Virus record (IMG/VR): IMGVR_UViG_3300025084_000176
Location: 1-26,922 of that record
Source of the DNA: a virus
Taxonomy: Duplodnaviria > Caudoviricetes
Length of the DNA: 26,922 nt
Reading direction: 5' to 3' (one strand)
Shown here: positions 1-7,631 of the stretch, in pieces
Layout: each line of letters opens with the position of its first letter
Position numbering within the stretch: the first letter of the stretch is position 1
The notes under the pieces: generated by a model
Database searches by the model: none
What the model saw: the letters and a program-made list of their open reading frames with translations, nothing else
Told to the model about the DNA's origin: nothing
Program-made: the position numbers and the translations under genes

Positions 1-1040
1 AGTTGAAGGTCGGAGATTAAGTCATAAATACTCAGACCGTAAAACTTATGAGGCATTGGTATAGGTGTAAGGGAGGAGAAGGGAACACTATCCACAGCCT
101 CATTATCTAACAGTTCATCTCCAACCTTCGTTACTTTTCTTAGTTCAGCAATGCCATCGTTGTCATAGTCAACACGCATGTAGCATTCTGTAACCCAAAT
201 TCCGTCATCAATATCACCTTCTGGTGCATTGTCTTGTTCTTGTGAGAATCTAGAAAGTCTTTCAGCTTTATAGTCAGCTTCATCATTACTAAATACATTC
301 TCTATTTTACTCTTAGGGTAGCCTTGTTCTATTAGTTCAGACTTAGTTCTTTTTACCCTGTGTCCTACAAAACGAGCATCCTCTATTGTCTTGGCATACT
401 TGTTTATTAAAAATTCTTCTGGTGGTACAGCTTCTATTCTAACTTGGCCATCATCATATGTTCTACTAACTACAACATCATGTGTTACTTGTTGTGGCTG
501 TAATGAAATAACATCGCTAGCTTCTAATCCATTAGGAGTGTGCTCTAGTACCTCTACATTATCTTCTAATAGTAATGCAGTAAACTCTTCTTCTGTTAAG
601 TTCTTGTACTCTTCTCGTAATGTTTCACTACTGTCATCCCAATAGTGTTTTACTATACCATTCTTTTGTAGCAGTGCATCCTTAAACCATTGATATATAA
701 TAGAAAATCCTGGGTTTTGTCTCATAATGACATGGTTCACATAATCTGTGGACTGCTTTGCCATTGTAACATCTTCAGGTCCCTGTGGTTCAAATTGTAC
801 TACCTTATCGCCCGAAGTAAATATCTTCATAAGGCTAGGCATAATCCATTCGATTACATCTGCTACATCTCTTGTGACAATCTGTGAACGACCTTCTTGC
901 TCATTACCATACTTTTTGCCATAGTAACGGTCTAACGCATCAGAGCGTTGTTCTGTCAGCTTTCCGTCTTTGTACCCTAGAGCTGAGTTAATTTCTTGCT
1001 CTAGGTGAGCAGATAGCTCACGCTTTGTCATTTTAGCCAT
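1..1040 (-). CDS. Portal protein, P22-like (5' part; runs off window start)
   Basis: Not in the ORF track (open-ended). Manual translation from ATG at 1040: MAKMTKRELSAHLEQEINSALGYKDGKLTEQRSDALDRYYGKKYGNEQEGRSQIVTRDVADVIEWIMPSLMKIFTSGDKVVQFEPQGPEDV...QWFKDALLQKNGIVKHYWD. This is a typical P22-like portal N-terminus, and it lies downstream of TerL. Confidence 0.88.
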   Translation of the reverse strand, partial: MAKMTKRELSAHLEQEINSALGYKDGKLTEQRSDALDRYYGKKYGNEQEGRSQIVTRDVADVIEWIMPSLMKIFTSGDKVVQFEPQGPEDVTMAKQSTDYVNHVIMRQNPGFSIIYQWFKDALLQKNGIVKHYWDDSSETLREEYKNLTEEEFTALLLEDNVEVLEHTPNGLEASDVISLQPQQVTHDVVVSRTYDDGQVRIEAVPPEEFLINKYAKTIEDARFVGHRVKRTKSELIEQGYPKSKIENVFSNDEADYKAERLSRFSQEQDNAPEGDIDDGIWVTECYMRVDYDNDGIAELRKVTKVGDELLDNEAVDSVPFSSLTPIPMPHKFYGLSIYDLISDLQ

Positions 1041-1043
1041 AAA

Positions 1044-1181
1044 TTATTTACCTTTATTTATAGGGTATTTTGTTTCTTTAGGTGGTGGCGTGGACATACT
1101 GACTGTTTTCATAATGTGTTTGAGGTCTTTAATGTCCTGTGCCATTTCTAATATTTTATTTTCTAACCATTTCGGATTCAT
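1044..1181 (-). CDS. Small hypothetical protein (45 aa) between TerL and portal
   Basis: MNPKWLENKILEMAQDIKDLKHIMKTVSMSTPPPKETKYPINKGK; AAGGAG SD upstream; fills the TerL-portal gap almost exactly. Confidence 0.7.
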   Translation of the reverse strand: MNPKWLENKILEMAQDIKDLKHIMKTVSMSTPPPKETKYPINKGK

Positions 1182-1191
1182 ATACTTCTCC

Positions 1192-2481
1192 TTATATTAT
1201 CCAACTTAAATCAGTCTTAGGAAGTTCCTTTCCCCAAGCACTGTCATTACCTGTGAACACTACATCTGTTATACACAAGTACCTAAAAGCATCGCTGGCG
1301 TGTGATGTCCAGTCATGCACTGGTCGTTGTGACCATATCTTTTTCTTGTCATCATAGCTACTTCTATATTGTAGTAATGCTTCCAATCCTTTCTTGGTAG
1401 TGCTTTCATCAAACCAGCACTTGTTTAAATAAGTTCTAGTAGTATCAATACCATCCATAACCTTTAACTTTGGTGCTACTTGAAAGTCTATGCCTAGGTC
1501 AAATGCTAGGTCTCGTCTTGACTTACCAGTAGAAAATTCTCTAACTACTATATCGTGTGGTGCTATGTGTGCACCATAATGATAACCCTTCCTGTTTAGT
1601 ACCTCTATATAGTGAGGTAGTCCTTCATTAGAGTTTTCATAATAATCTATAACGTGTACTGCTTTACCAACAAATTGTACAAACCATATACTGGTTGCGT
1701 CTGATACCCCAAGGTCCCATGCTGTTACTACTTGTTTAGACGGGTCATAAGGGACTTTCCCCACTCGGTCTTCTTCATAAGCAGTTTCAATCTCTTTAGC
1801 ATAATACGCACCTCTAAGTGCAGCAGACCAAGAACACTCGTATTCTTGTTCAAATTCAGTCTCTGCCATATCCTGTTTCGCAAGCTCGAGTTCCTCATCA
1901 TCTAATATCCCTGTTTCACTCGCCTTGTATAAGAATCTAGCCCATCCCTTCTTCTCTGGGGCAGAGTGGTATAAATCATAAAATTCGTTTTTCCCTTTAG
2001 GTGTACCAATAAATATGGCATAACCTTTCCTATCTGAGAGTGCCGGCCTTATAACCTCTGAGAACATCTTAGGGTTCATCTGGGCATACTCATCTAATAC
2101 TACACCGTCAAGATAAATTCCACGGAGAGTGTCATAGTTATCAGCTCCGTACAGTTGTATCCTAGCTCCCATGAAGTCGGCTCTTAGTTCTGCCTCATTA
2201 AACTTAATATCAGGAAATACAGCACATAGTCTTTTTAATTCATCCCAAGCAACTGTTTTAGCTTGCTTAAATAGTGGTGCTATGTATGCATATCTAGGTT
2301 GTCTCTTACCAGCTTGTATATCTTCTACAGAACTTTTGATTAACTGATTAATAGCAAATACAGTTTTACCAAATCTTCTGTGACATACTACAACATTAAA
2401 TCTATCTAAAGTTGTGTGTAGATGTCTTTGTAATTCCCTAGGTGTGTAGGGTATTACTATAGGTTTTCTCTCCTCTTGCAT
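1192..2481 (-). CDS. terL: Terminase large subunit
   Basis: Walker A-like HRRFGKT, Walker B VVLDEYA, IGTPKG coupling motif, nuclease WDLG and C-terminal HDWTSHASDAFRY. Confidence 0.96.
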   Translation of the reverse strand: MQEERKPIVIPYTPRELQRHLHTTLDRFNVVVCHRRFGKTVFAINQLIKSSVEDIQAGKRQPRYAYIAPLFKQAKTVAWDELKRLCAVFPDIKFNEAELRADFMGARIQLYGADNYDTLRGIYLDGVVLDEYAQMNPKMFSEVIRPALSDRKGYAIFIGTPKGKNEFYDLYHSAPEKKGWARFLYKASETGILDDEELELAKQDMAETEFEQEYECSWSAALRGAYYAKEIETAYEEDRVGKVPYDPSKQVVTAWDLGVSDATSIWFVQFVGKAVHVIDYYENSNEGLPHYIEVLNRKGYHYGAHIAPHDIVVREFSTGKSRRDLAFDLGIDFQVAPKLKVMDGIDTTRTYLNKCWFDESTTKKGLEALLQYRSSYDDKKKIWSQRPVHDWTSHASDAFRYLCITDVVFTGNDSAWGKELPKTDLSWII

Positions 2482-2486
2482 AAATA

Positions 2487-3074
2487 CTAGTGTATCTTGC
2501 CTTCCTTATTCTTTAGTAATTGATTAGCATCAGCAATATCAGCCTCATCGTTAGCCCATTGTATATCAAACTGTCTATCCTCTACAACAACGTGGTGTTT
2601 CGGGGACCATCCGGCCTGTGTCTTTAACCAAAACGTAGTCATGCTAGGAGATTCCCCACTGACCGCCATTTCGTAAGCAACACCGGCAACTCTTGCGGTA
2701 CGCTTCTCTTTACCTACTAATAAATTATGAGAATAATATTTAGTTAGAGTAGCATTAGAAATACCCATAATTTTAGCTATAGTATGCTGGTCTAATCCTA
2801 TACATACCATCTCTTCTACTTTAGCATAGTCATCATCAGTAGGTTTATAAGTTTGTCCACGCTTGATTCTAGACTTTTTACCCCCAGCTTTCTTAGATTC
2901 TGCACTAAGTCCACCAGTTGGTCTACCTTTTTTACGCTCAATCTTAATTACAGCATCAGCTGGGACCACACCCTTTGCAGATGCTACCGCATATCTCAAC
3001 TCTTCTTCTAATTCTTTTTCTATTTCTCTAATCTCGTCTTCTGAGTCTACAGAAATTTCACCTTTATTTGCCAT
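2487..3074 (-). CDS. terS: Terminase small subunit (HTH type)
   Basis: Directly upstream of TerL; HTH GLDQHTIAKIMGISNATLTKYY and FWLKTQAGW motif typical of TerS; acidic/basic N-terminal extension. Confidence 0.8.
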   Translation of the reverse strand: MANKGEISVDSEDEIREIEKELEEELRYAVASAKGVVPADAVIKIERKKGRPTGGLSAESKKAGGKKSRIKRGQTYKPTDDDYAKVEEMVCIGLDQHTIAKIMGISNATLTKYYSHNLLVGKEKRTARVAGVAYEMAVSGESPSMTTFWLKTQAGWSPKHHVVVEDRQFDIQWANDEADIADANQLLKNKEGKIH

Positions 3075-3082
3075 ATACTATT

Positions 3083-3091
3083 ATTATACCA
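3083..3091 (-). promoter_or_regulatory. Extended -10 promoter (TGGTATAAT) immediately upstream of terS
   Basis: Perfect TGnTATAAT on the - strand, 8 nt before the terS ATG; no canonical -35 and no SD. Confidence 0.6.
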
Positions 3092-3118
3092 TAAATTTAA
3101 ATTAGTTATCCCTTCATT

Positions 3119-3193
3119 CCTAGAATTCTTACAAAGTTTTCTTTTACCAGTATATATATACTATTAGTTTGGTTCTTTGGGGCTCATTCTAGG
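3119..3193. repeat. Nested inverted repeat centred on palindrome AGTATATATATACT
   Basis: CCTAGAAT (3119-3126)/ATTCTAGG (3186-3193), CAAAG (3132-3136)/CTTTG (3175-3179) and the palindrome at 3149-3162 share a centre near 3155-3156. Confidence 0.7.
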
Positions 3194-3197
3194 TACT

Positions 3198-3206
3198 ATT
3201 ATACCA
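3198..3206 (-). promoter_or_regulatory. Second extended -10 promoter (TGGTATAAT) for the packaging/late arm
   Basis: Identical TGGTATAATA on the - strand, directly followed by the 3193-3119 inverted repeat. Confidence 0.55.
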
Positions 3207-3372
3207 GATAATATCTAAGTAATTATGCATAGTGCCGAAAATAGTTGGTTATGCAAGGTACTACATTGAAAAAATAAGAATTTTATATGTGGGTTCCTTT
3301 GCCCGATGGAGAAATTTTCTCAGAAGGGTGGGTACCCCTCGCCTTTCCACGCTTTCCGCCCACGCATATTCT

Positions 3373-3487
3373 GGGATTGATGGGATGGGATTGGCTTTCT
3401 GGGATGGAAGACATAGGCTGGACCAGATAGGATGGAAATCTGTGCCAGTAGCTGGGATGGGATGGATAGAAAAACCAGAGCGGATGG
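3373..3487 (+). repeat. Array of short GGATGG/GGATTG repeats in the non-coding region between the arms
   Basis: GGATGG at 3383, 3402, 3430, 3455, 3460, 3482 and GGATTG at 3374, 3388, all on the same strand. Confidence 0.7.
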
Positions 3488-3564
3488 ATTCGTGGTTTTC
3501 ATATATTCCTTGACATAATATCCCAGCCTCTCAAAGTTTTATTATCCATTGATTAAATTAATTG

Positions 3565-3593
3565 TTGACATATGGAATACATGCTGTCATACT
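3565..3593 (+). promoter_or_regulatory. Early sigma70 promoter
   Basis: TTGACA (3565-3570), 17-bp spacer, TGt-CATACT (3588-3593); AT-rich UP-like sequence upstream; precedes the first early gene, which has an AAGGAGG SD. Confidence 0.75.
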
Positions 3594-3637
3594 ACGGGTA
3601 CTGGAATTGACCAGCACTTGCCAAGGAGGCACACAAA

Positions 3638-3862
3638 ATGAATGACCTAATAAAAGCAATCAAAGAAGTAGAGCAAAGAACTAATACGCTAGGCTATGCA
3701 CTAGTAGAGACATTGAATGGTAACTATGTGCTCAAGCCACTAGCCAAAGCAGAGGCCAGAGGCGATAGCATAGAGATGGAATTCTGGGGCCCAGATATGG
3801 ACAGTATCAAGGCTCAGAAAAAAGAGCATATTGCTCAAATGAAAGCCGATGGCTTACTATAA
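3638..3862 (+). CDS. Early hypothetical protein (74 aa)
   Basis: Strong CCAAGGAGG SD; first ORF after the early promoter. Confidence 0.8.
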   Translation: MNDLIKAIKEVEQRTNTLGYALVETLNGNYVLKPLAKAEARGDSIEMEFWGPDMDSIKAQKKEHIAQMKADGLL

Positions 3863-3880
3863 TTAATGGAGGATAATAAA

Positions 3881-4240
3881 ATGGAAAACAAGGAAATTAG
3901 AACAATGATTAGCAAGATACCAGCACCTAAAGAACTACACTTCTGGACAGGTGATGGGAATACATACTATTGTGAATGGAACTCAGTCCGCAAGGGATAC
4001 CCTCAAGGATGTATTGATATTAAATGCAAGGGCGGTCATATGACATACCTATTTCATCTCACTGAGGTTGAGACTGATGAGTATGAGATAAAACCAGCCT
4101 TTAACTGGAAGCAAGGCACTCCATCCCTTGAGATTGTTGAAGCCTATGTTGAGAACTGTGCAGATAGTATCTGGAAGACTATGTATTACTTCAAGCATAT
4201 GCAGGATGTAGCCAGAACGATAATGAGAAGCAGTAAATAG
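3881..4240 (+). CDS. Early hypothetical protein (about 119 aa)
   Basis: The ORF track starts at 3866, but GGAGG at 3868-3872 favours the ATG at 3881. Confidence 0.75.
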   Translation: MENKEIRTMISKIPAPKELHFWTGDGNTYYCEWNSVRKGYPQGCIDIKCKGGHMTYLFHLTEVETDEYEIKPAFNWKQGTPSLEIVEAYVENCADSIWKTMYYFKHMQDVARTIMRSSK

Positions 4241-4256
4241 GCCTTAAAACGGTCCA

Positions 4257-4290
4257 ACCTACCAAGCCCCTACCAAGGGGCTTTCTAGGT
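4257..4290 (+). terminator. Conserved early intergenic stem-loop, copy 1 (terminator-like or RNA processing site)
   Basis: ACCTA-CC-AAGCCCC-TACCAA-GGGGCTT-TC-TAGGT; U tract is short. Confidence 0.6.
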
Positions 4291-4345
4291 GAAAAAAGGG
4301 CAAGTTTGGACCCCTCAAGAGCCAAGCGAAATATAAGGATATAAC

Positions 4346-4576
4346 ATGACACAAAAAGAACTAGAACAAGCCTTGATAAGGCTAGCAGAAATTGAGCCTA
4401 CTGGAGTAGTAGCTGGGCTCATCTATGAGAGTGAGCCGGAAGATACATACTGTGAGCACTGTGGCCAGCCTACTGGCTATGGTAAAGGCTCAGAGCCTAG
4501 CCGATATGATACGATGGTATGCTCTACAGAGTGTGCCAAGGAACTCTTCCCTAATGACTATAACTGGAGCAAATAA
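4346..4576 (+). CDS. Small Zn-finger protein (CxxC...CSxxC, treble-clef/YacG-like spacing)
   Basis: YCEHCGQP...VCSTECAKE; AAGGA SD. Confidence 0.75.
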   Translation: MTQKELEQALIRLAEIEPTGVVAGLIYESEPEDTYCEHCGQPTGYGKGSEPSRYDTMVCSTECAKELFPNDYNWSK

Positions 4577-4920
4577 TGAAAGCATGGAAAAACAGAACTA
4601 CACTACCAATAGATAATTACACTGGGACTATCTTTAAAATTCAAATGAGATTACCGCATAAGCATGTTAATCATTTATACACTGTAAACATGGGTGCTCA
4701 TTTAATGACTAATGAAGATACGGAAGAGGTTACAATCTGCACATTTGATGATAGAACTGTAACCTATAAAATGGGCCATACTTACTCAAGCCCTGCCACT
4801 CTTCAAGAGATTGCAGACTGGGTAGCTGAAAAGATTGATGAGAATGCCCGAATTAATGCGGAGTATGACAGAGAGATGATTGAGGAGGAATACCTGCAAA
4901 GGAGCGGTAATATTTACTAG
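4576..4920 (+). CDS. Early hypothetical protein (114 aa)
   Basis: TAATG stop/start coupling to the previous gene; GGAG SD. Confidence 0.75.
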   Translation: MKAWKNRTTLPIDNYTGTIFKIQMRLPHKHVNHLYTVNMGAHLMTNEDTEEVTICTFDDRTVTYKMGHTYSSPATLQEIADWVAEKIDENARINAEYDREMIEEEYLQRSGNIY

Positions 4921-4933
4921 GCCCTAGGCCTGC

Positions 4934-4965
4934 CCTACTAAGCCCCTTAATTGGGGCTTTTTAGG
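4934..4965 (+). terminator. Conserved early intergenic stem-loop, copy 2
   Basis: CCTA-CT-AAGCCCC-TTAATT-GGGGCTT-TT-TAGG; same architecture as 4257-4290. Confidence 0.65.
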
Positions 4966-4987
4966 TAACTAAACCAAGGAGGTAAAA

Positions 4988-5602
4988 ATGTATAAAAAAG
5001 ATAATAAAATAATCGCAGATTTTTTGCTGGCCAGCCCAGACAATATGGTAAGGGGTTTTACTTTTGTGTTGCTATCAATCCAGCAACCAACTCAAGGCCT
5101 AGCAGATAAAATGTTTGAGGTAGACCAGCAGGGCCCAGAATGTAGGCATTTAAACTATGGCTTAAAGCGTGCAGGCTTTGAGTATGTAGAGGCTCATAAA
5201 CAGGCCATATTTGAGAGATTAACTGAATATGTAGGCCAAGGCCTTGATGATGTAGAAAACATCTCAAAAGCCCTGCTTTATGTTTACGATACGCCAAACC
5301 TAGGAATGGTTAAATCTGCATTTGTGCTCCAGCTACTAGGATTTAATGTTTCTTGCATTGATAGTCATAATCTTAAACGCCTAGGCTGGAAACAATCGCA
5401 AGTATCATTGCCTAAAACCTTAAAGCATGAGTCCAAAATGCGAAAGATTAGAGCCTATGTATCCCAGACTCAACAAAAAGGGACCGCTTACTGGTGGAAT
5501 AGCTGGTGCCATTATGTAGCAGGAAACATAGCCAATAAGAAATTGACTACAGGCCAGCAGGTTAGTAATTATCACATTGAGGCCATTTTACCCAAGGCCT
5601 AG
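4988..5602 (+). CDS. HhH-GPD superfamily DNA glycosylase/AP lyase-like protein
   Basis: TPNLGMVKSAFVLQLLGFNVSCIDSHNLKRLG resembles the HhH plus catalytic Asp segment of EndoIII/Ogg-type glycosylases (G.G.K.A...D.H); N-terminal FVLLSIQQ helix; AAGGAGGT SD. Confidence 0.65.
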   Translation: MYKKDNKIIADFLLASPDNMVRGFTFVLLSIQQPTQGLADKMFEVDQQGPECRHLNYGLKRAGFEYVEAHKQAIFERLTEYVGQGLDDVENISKALLYVYDTPNLGMVKSAFVLQLLGFNVSCIDSHNLKRLGWKQSQVSLPKTLKHESKMRKIRAYVSQTQQKGTAYWWNSWCHYVAGNIANKKLTTGQQVSNYHIEAILPKA

Positions 5603-5708
5603 GTATTACCCAACCAATAAAAGTCGCTAGAATAGAAGATTTGGAGCCCAGTTATCCAAGCTGGGCCAGGATTTCCCATTTATTTTCAATTTATTTGCAT
5701 TTTAGGGG

Positions 5709-5738
5709 TTGACAGGATTTATAGATTCGTGCTAAAAT
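5709..5738 (+). promoter_or_regulatory. Second early sigma70 promoter
   Basis: TTGACA (5709-5714), 18-bp spacer, TGc-TAAAAT (5733-5738); T-rich UP-like tract upstream. Confidence 0.75.
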
Positions 5739-5777
5739 TCTTACCAGAAATTAAATAATAATACCAAGGAGGTAAAA

Positions 5778-5942
5778 ATGTCGTTTAGAAAAATGTTTAC
5801 AGAACACTTAGTAATAGAGGGATGGAGCAATTGTTGTGATGCTCCAGTATATACTCCCAATACAGATGGGATAGGGCTTTGCTCACATTGTGGTGAGTGG
5901 GCTGAAATTGTACAAATTGAGGAGGAGGATGCTGATGAGTAA
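5778..5942 (+). CDS. Small Zn-ribbon protein (54 aa), missed by the ORF track
   Basis: MSFRKMFTEHLVIEGWSNCCDAPVYTPNTDGIGLCSHCGEWAEIVQIEEEDADE; AAGGAGGT SD; first gene after the promoter. Confidence 0.8.
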   Translation: MSFRKMFTEHLVIEGWSNCCDAPVYTPNTDGIGLCSHCGEWAEIVQIEEEDADE

Positions 5943-6168
5943 AGAAAAGACTATAAAAATTATGGGTTATTTTGACAAGGAAGTTGAGAAAACCAAGGAA
6001 CAATATATAAATATATGGATTGAGAATGCCTCTCTATCCAGATTGTGTATTTGTGATGGAGGTGAGGCCTTTGACCATACCTATGAGAAAGTAAATTTTC
6101 TTAAGGATGAGATAAAGAAACTTGCTGAGTTTAACTGGGATTATATGTACAAGGAGCAACATGGATAA
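5935..6168 (+). CDS. Early hypothetical protein (77 aa)
   Basis: In frame with track ORF 5890-6168; GGAGGAGG SD favours the ATG at 5935. Confidence 0.75.
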   Translation: MSKEKTIKIMGYFDKEVEKTKEQYINIWIENASLSRLCICDGGEAFDHTYEKVNFLKDEIKKLAEFNWDYMYKEQHG

Positions 6169-6346
6169 TTATACTAAAATGAATAGAGAAATCAATGACT
6201 TAGCTAAGAAACTATCTAAGATAGATAATACAGAGGCTAAGCAAAAGCTAACATTTCATGGTAAGAGACAATACAGAAACTCCAGAAGTCCTCTTGACAT
6301 GACACCAGCACAGGAAAATGCATGGTTAAGAAGTGGAGGATTTTAG
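6161..6346 (+). CDS. Early hypothetical protein (61 aa, basic)
   Basis: AAGGAG SD before ATG 6161; overlaps the previous stop. Confidence 0.7.
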   Translation: MDNYTKMNREINDLAKKLSKIDNTEAKQKLTFHGKRQYRNSRSPLDMTPAQENAWLRSGGF

Positions 6347-6748
6347 GTGCCTAAGAATTTACATAAGGAATATGTTTTAGCTGATAGGTCTATTGTTACT
6401 ATTGCTAGAATTATGGAGGCAACTGGGCTCAGTTATGTTGGTGCTTATAGCAGGCTCCAGCGTTCTGCCCAGCCAGATTACATATGGGCTGAGATGGGGC
6501 ATGGAGGCAAGCAACTGCAGACTTCAACAAAGAAATGGAAAAATGAGCCAGATGAGGTCGTTGCAGGGATACAATTGAAAGCCAGCTGGATGGATGGCAT
6601 GTTGCATACTCTTGCTGGCCCTCCACATGATAGACATGGGCTTGTGATGACCAAAAAGGATGTTAGGTCTTTGCTAGCCTATCGTGAAGAGATGCGTCAG
6701 CAGTGGCGTGATGGTAATAATAATATAAAAAATAGGGAGGATGTATGA
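6347..6748 (+). CDS. Putative HTH DNA-binding protein
   Basis: GTG start with GGAGG SD; N-terminal TIARIMEATGLSYVGAYSRLQR is HTH-like. Confidence 0.6.
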   Translation: MPKNLHKEYVLADRSIVTIARIMEATGLSYVGAYSRLQRSAQPDYIWAEMGHGGKQLQTSTKKWKNEPDEVVAGIQLKASWMDGMLHTLAGPPHDRHGLVMTKKDVRSLLAYREEMRQQWRDGNNNIKNREDV

Positions 6749-6966
6749 GTACATTTAAATGGTTAAATGAATTAGAGAAAGAAATAATTAGGAAAAATAC
6801 TGTAAAAAAAGCCCTAAGAAAAGAGATTGATGCTAAAATAGAGCAACTAAGGGCCCTTGAAATTGACTTAGAAAAGACAGTTGAAAAGGCGTTAGCTACA
6901 GGCCAGCCCAGTCGAGAGGATGTAGAGTGGGACTTGATGGATAAACGAATAAATGGAGGAAAATAA
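6745..6966 (+). CDS. Hypothetical coiled-coil protein (73 aa)
   Basis: ATGA overlap with the previous gene, GGAGG SD, heptad-like K/E/L pattern. Confidence 0.75.
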   Translation: MSTFKWLNELEKEIIRKNTVKKALRKEIDAKIEQLRALEIDLEKTVEKALATGQPSREDVEWDLMDKRINGGK

Positions 6967-7127
6967 TGAAAGTAATAATTGAGACAATAAATGAGTCCGG
7001 TGAAAAAGAATTCCAACTGTCAGATGGCGAAGTTGGTAAAAGAACATACTCTATTGACTTTGAAAGTATGGATGATTTAGAAAAATATATAACGGAGGAA
7101 AATGATGGATGCACTAGAAACACTTAG
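6966..7127 (+). CDS. Small hypothetical protein (53 aa)
   Basis: MKVIIETINESGEKEFQLSDGEVGKRTYSIDFESMDDLEKYITEENDGCTRNT; GGAGG SD; TAATG coupling. Confidence 0.7.
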   Translation: MKVIIETINESGEKEFQLSDGEVGKRTYSIDFESMDDLEKYITEENDGCTRNT

Positions 7128-7272
7128 AGAGTTAGGAATGAATGTATATGATGGCTCAGATATTGAGTTCTTCTTGAAATATGGTATAACATTAACAATG
7201 TTGATGGGTGACGAGCCTATACCAGAAGAAACACTTAAAAAAATACAGGAGGATTATGCCAAATCCAAATAA
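7102..7272 (+). CDS. Small hypothetical protein (about 56 aa)
   Basis: MMDALETLRELGMNVYDGSDIEFFLKYGITLTMLMGDEPIPEETLKKIQEDYAKSK; GGAGG SD. Confidence 0.7.
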   Translation: MMDALETLRELGMNVYDGSDIEFFLKYGITLTMLMGDEPIPEETLKKIQEDYAKSK

Positions 7273-7465
7273 TAATAAACATTTCAATGATGAGGCCCTA
7301 AGGATTAATAGGTCTTTGAAAAAAGAAAATGACGCTTTAAGCGAGATTGTAGATGAGTTTGAACACTATCTATTAAACTATAATGTAACTAGTTCTGCAG
7401 ATGATAGAGAGATTGGCAGACTACAAGATATGATATATAAAGTAAGGAGTAGAGATAATGATTAA
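7256..7465 (+). CDS. Small hypothetical protein (69 aa)
   Basis: AGGAGG SD favours ATG 7256 within track ORF 7208-7465. Confidence 0.7.
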   Translation: MPNPNNNKHFNDEALRINRSLKKENDALSEIVDEFEHYLLNYNVTSSADDREIGRLQDMIYKVRSRDND

Positions 7466-7631
7466 GAGAGATATTAATGGTGTACCTTATACCTATGAAA
7501 ATAAGGATGAGCTGGCCTTTGGCACAGACTTTGAGGATAGTTGGGATAATGCTATAGCATACGCCCACTATGTTATGACTACGCCAGAGTTTGAGAAAGA
7601 TATGAAAGAATGGCTGGATAAGAATGACTGA
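7458..7631 (+). CDS. Small hypothetical protein (57 aa)
   Basis: MIKRDINGVPYTYENKDELAFGTDFEDSWDNAIAYAHYVMTTPEFEKDMKEWLDKND; AAGGAG SD. Confidence 0.7.
   Translation: MIKRDINGVPYTYENKDELAFGTDFEDSWDNAIAYAHYVMTTPEFEKDMKEWLDKND

Noticed and set aside
391-1357. + strand ORFs 391-645, 690-887 and 1139-1357
   Set aside because: Antisense shadows of the portal/TerL genes; no SD and no recognisable motifs.
3373-3487. Mini-CRISPR array interpretation of the GGATGG repeats (with the Cas4-like gene)
   Set aside because: Repeats are only 6-7 nt with irregular spacing, there are no other cas genes, and solo Cas4-like nucleases are common phage replication exonucleases.
3232-3513. ORFs 3232-3513 (+) and 3320-3502 (-)
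   Set aside because: No SD; the W/G/M-rich composition comes from the GGATGG repeats; the region looks like a non-coding terminus.
3510-3540. TTGACA at 3510 as another early promoter
   Set aside because: No convincing -10 at 16-18 bp spacing.
5646-5666. GCCCAG/CTGGGC hairpin after the glycosylase-like gene as a terminator
   Set aside because: The stem is real but lacks an adjacent U tract and does not match the conserved twin hairpins; function unsupported.
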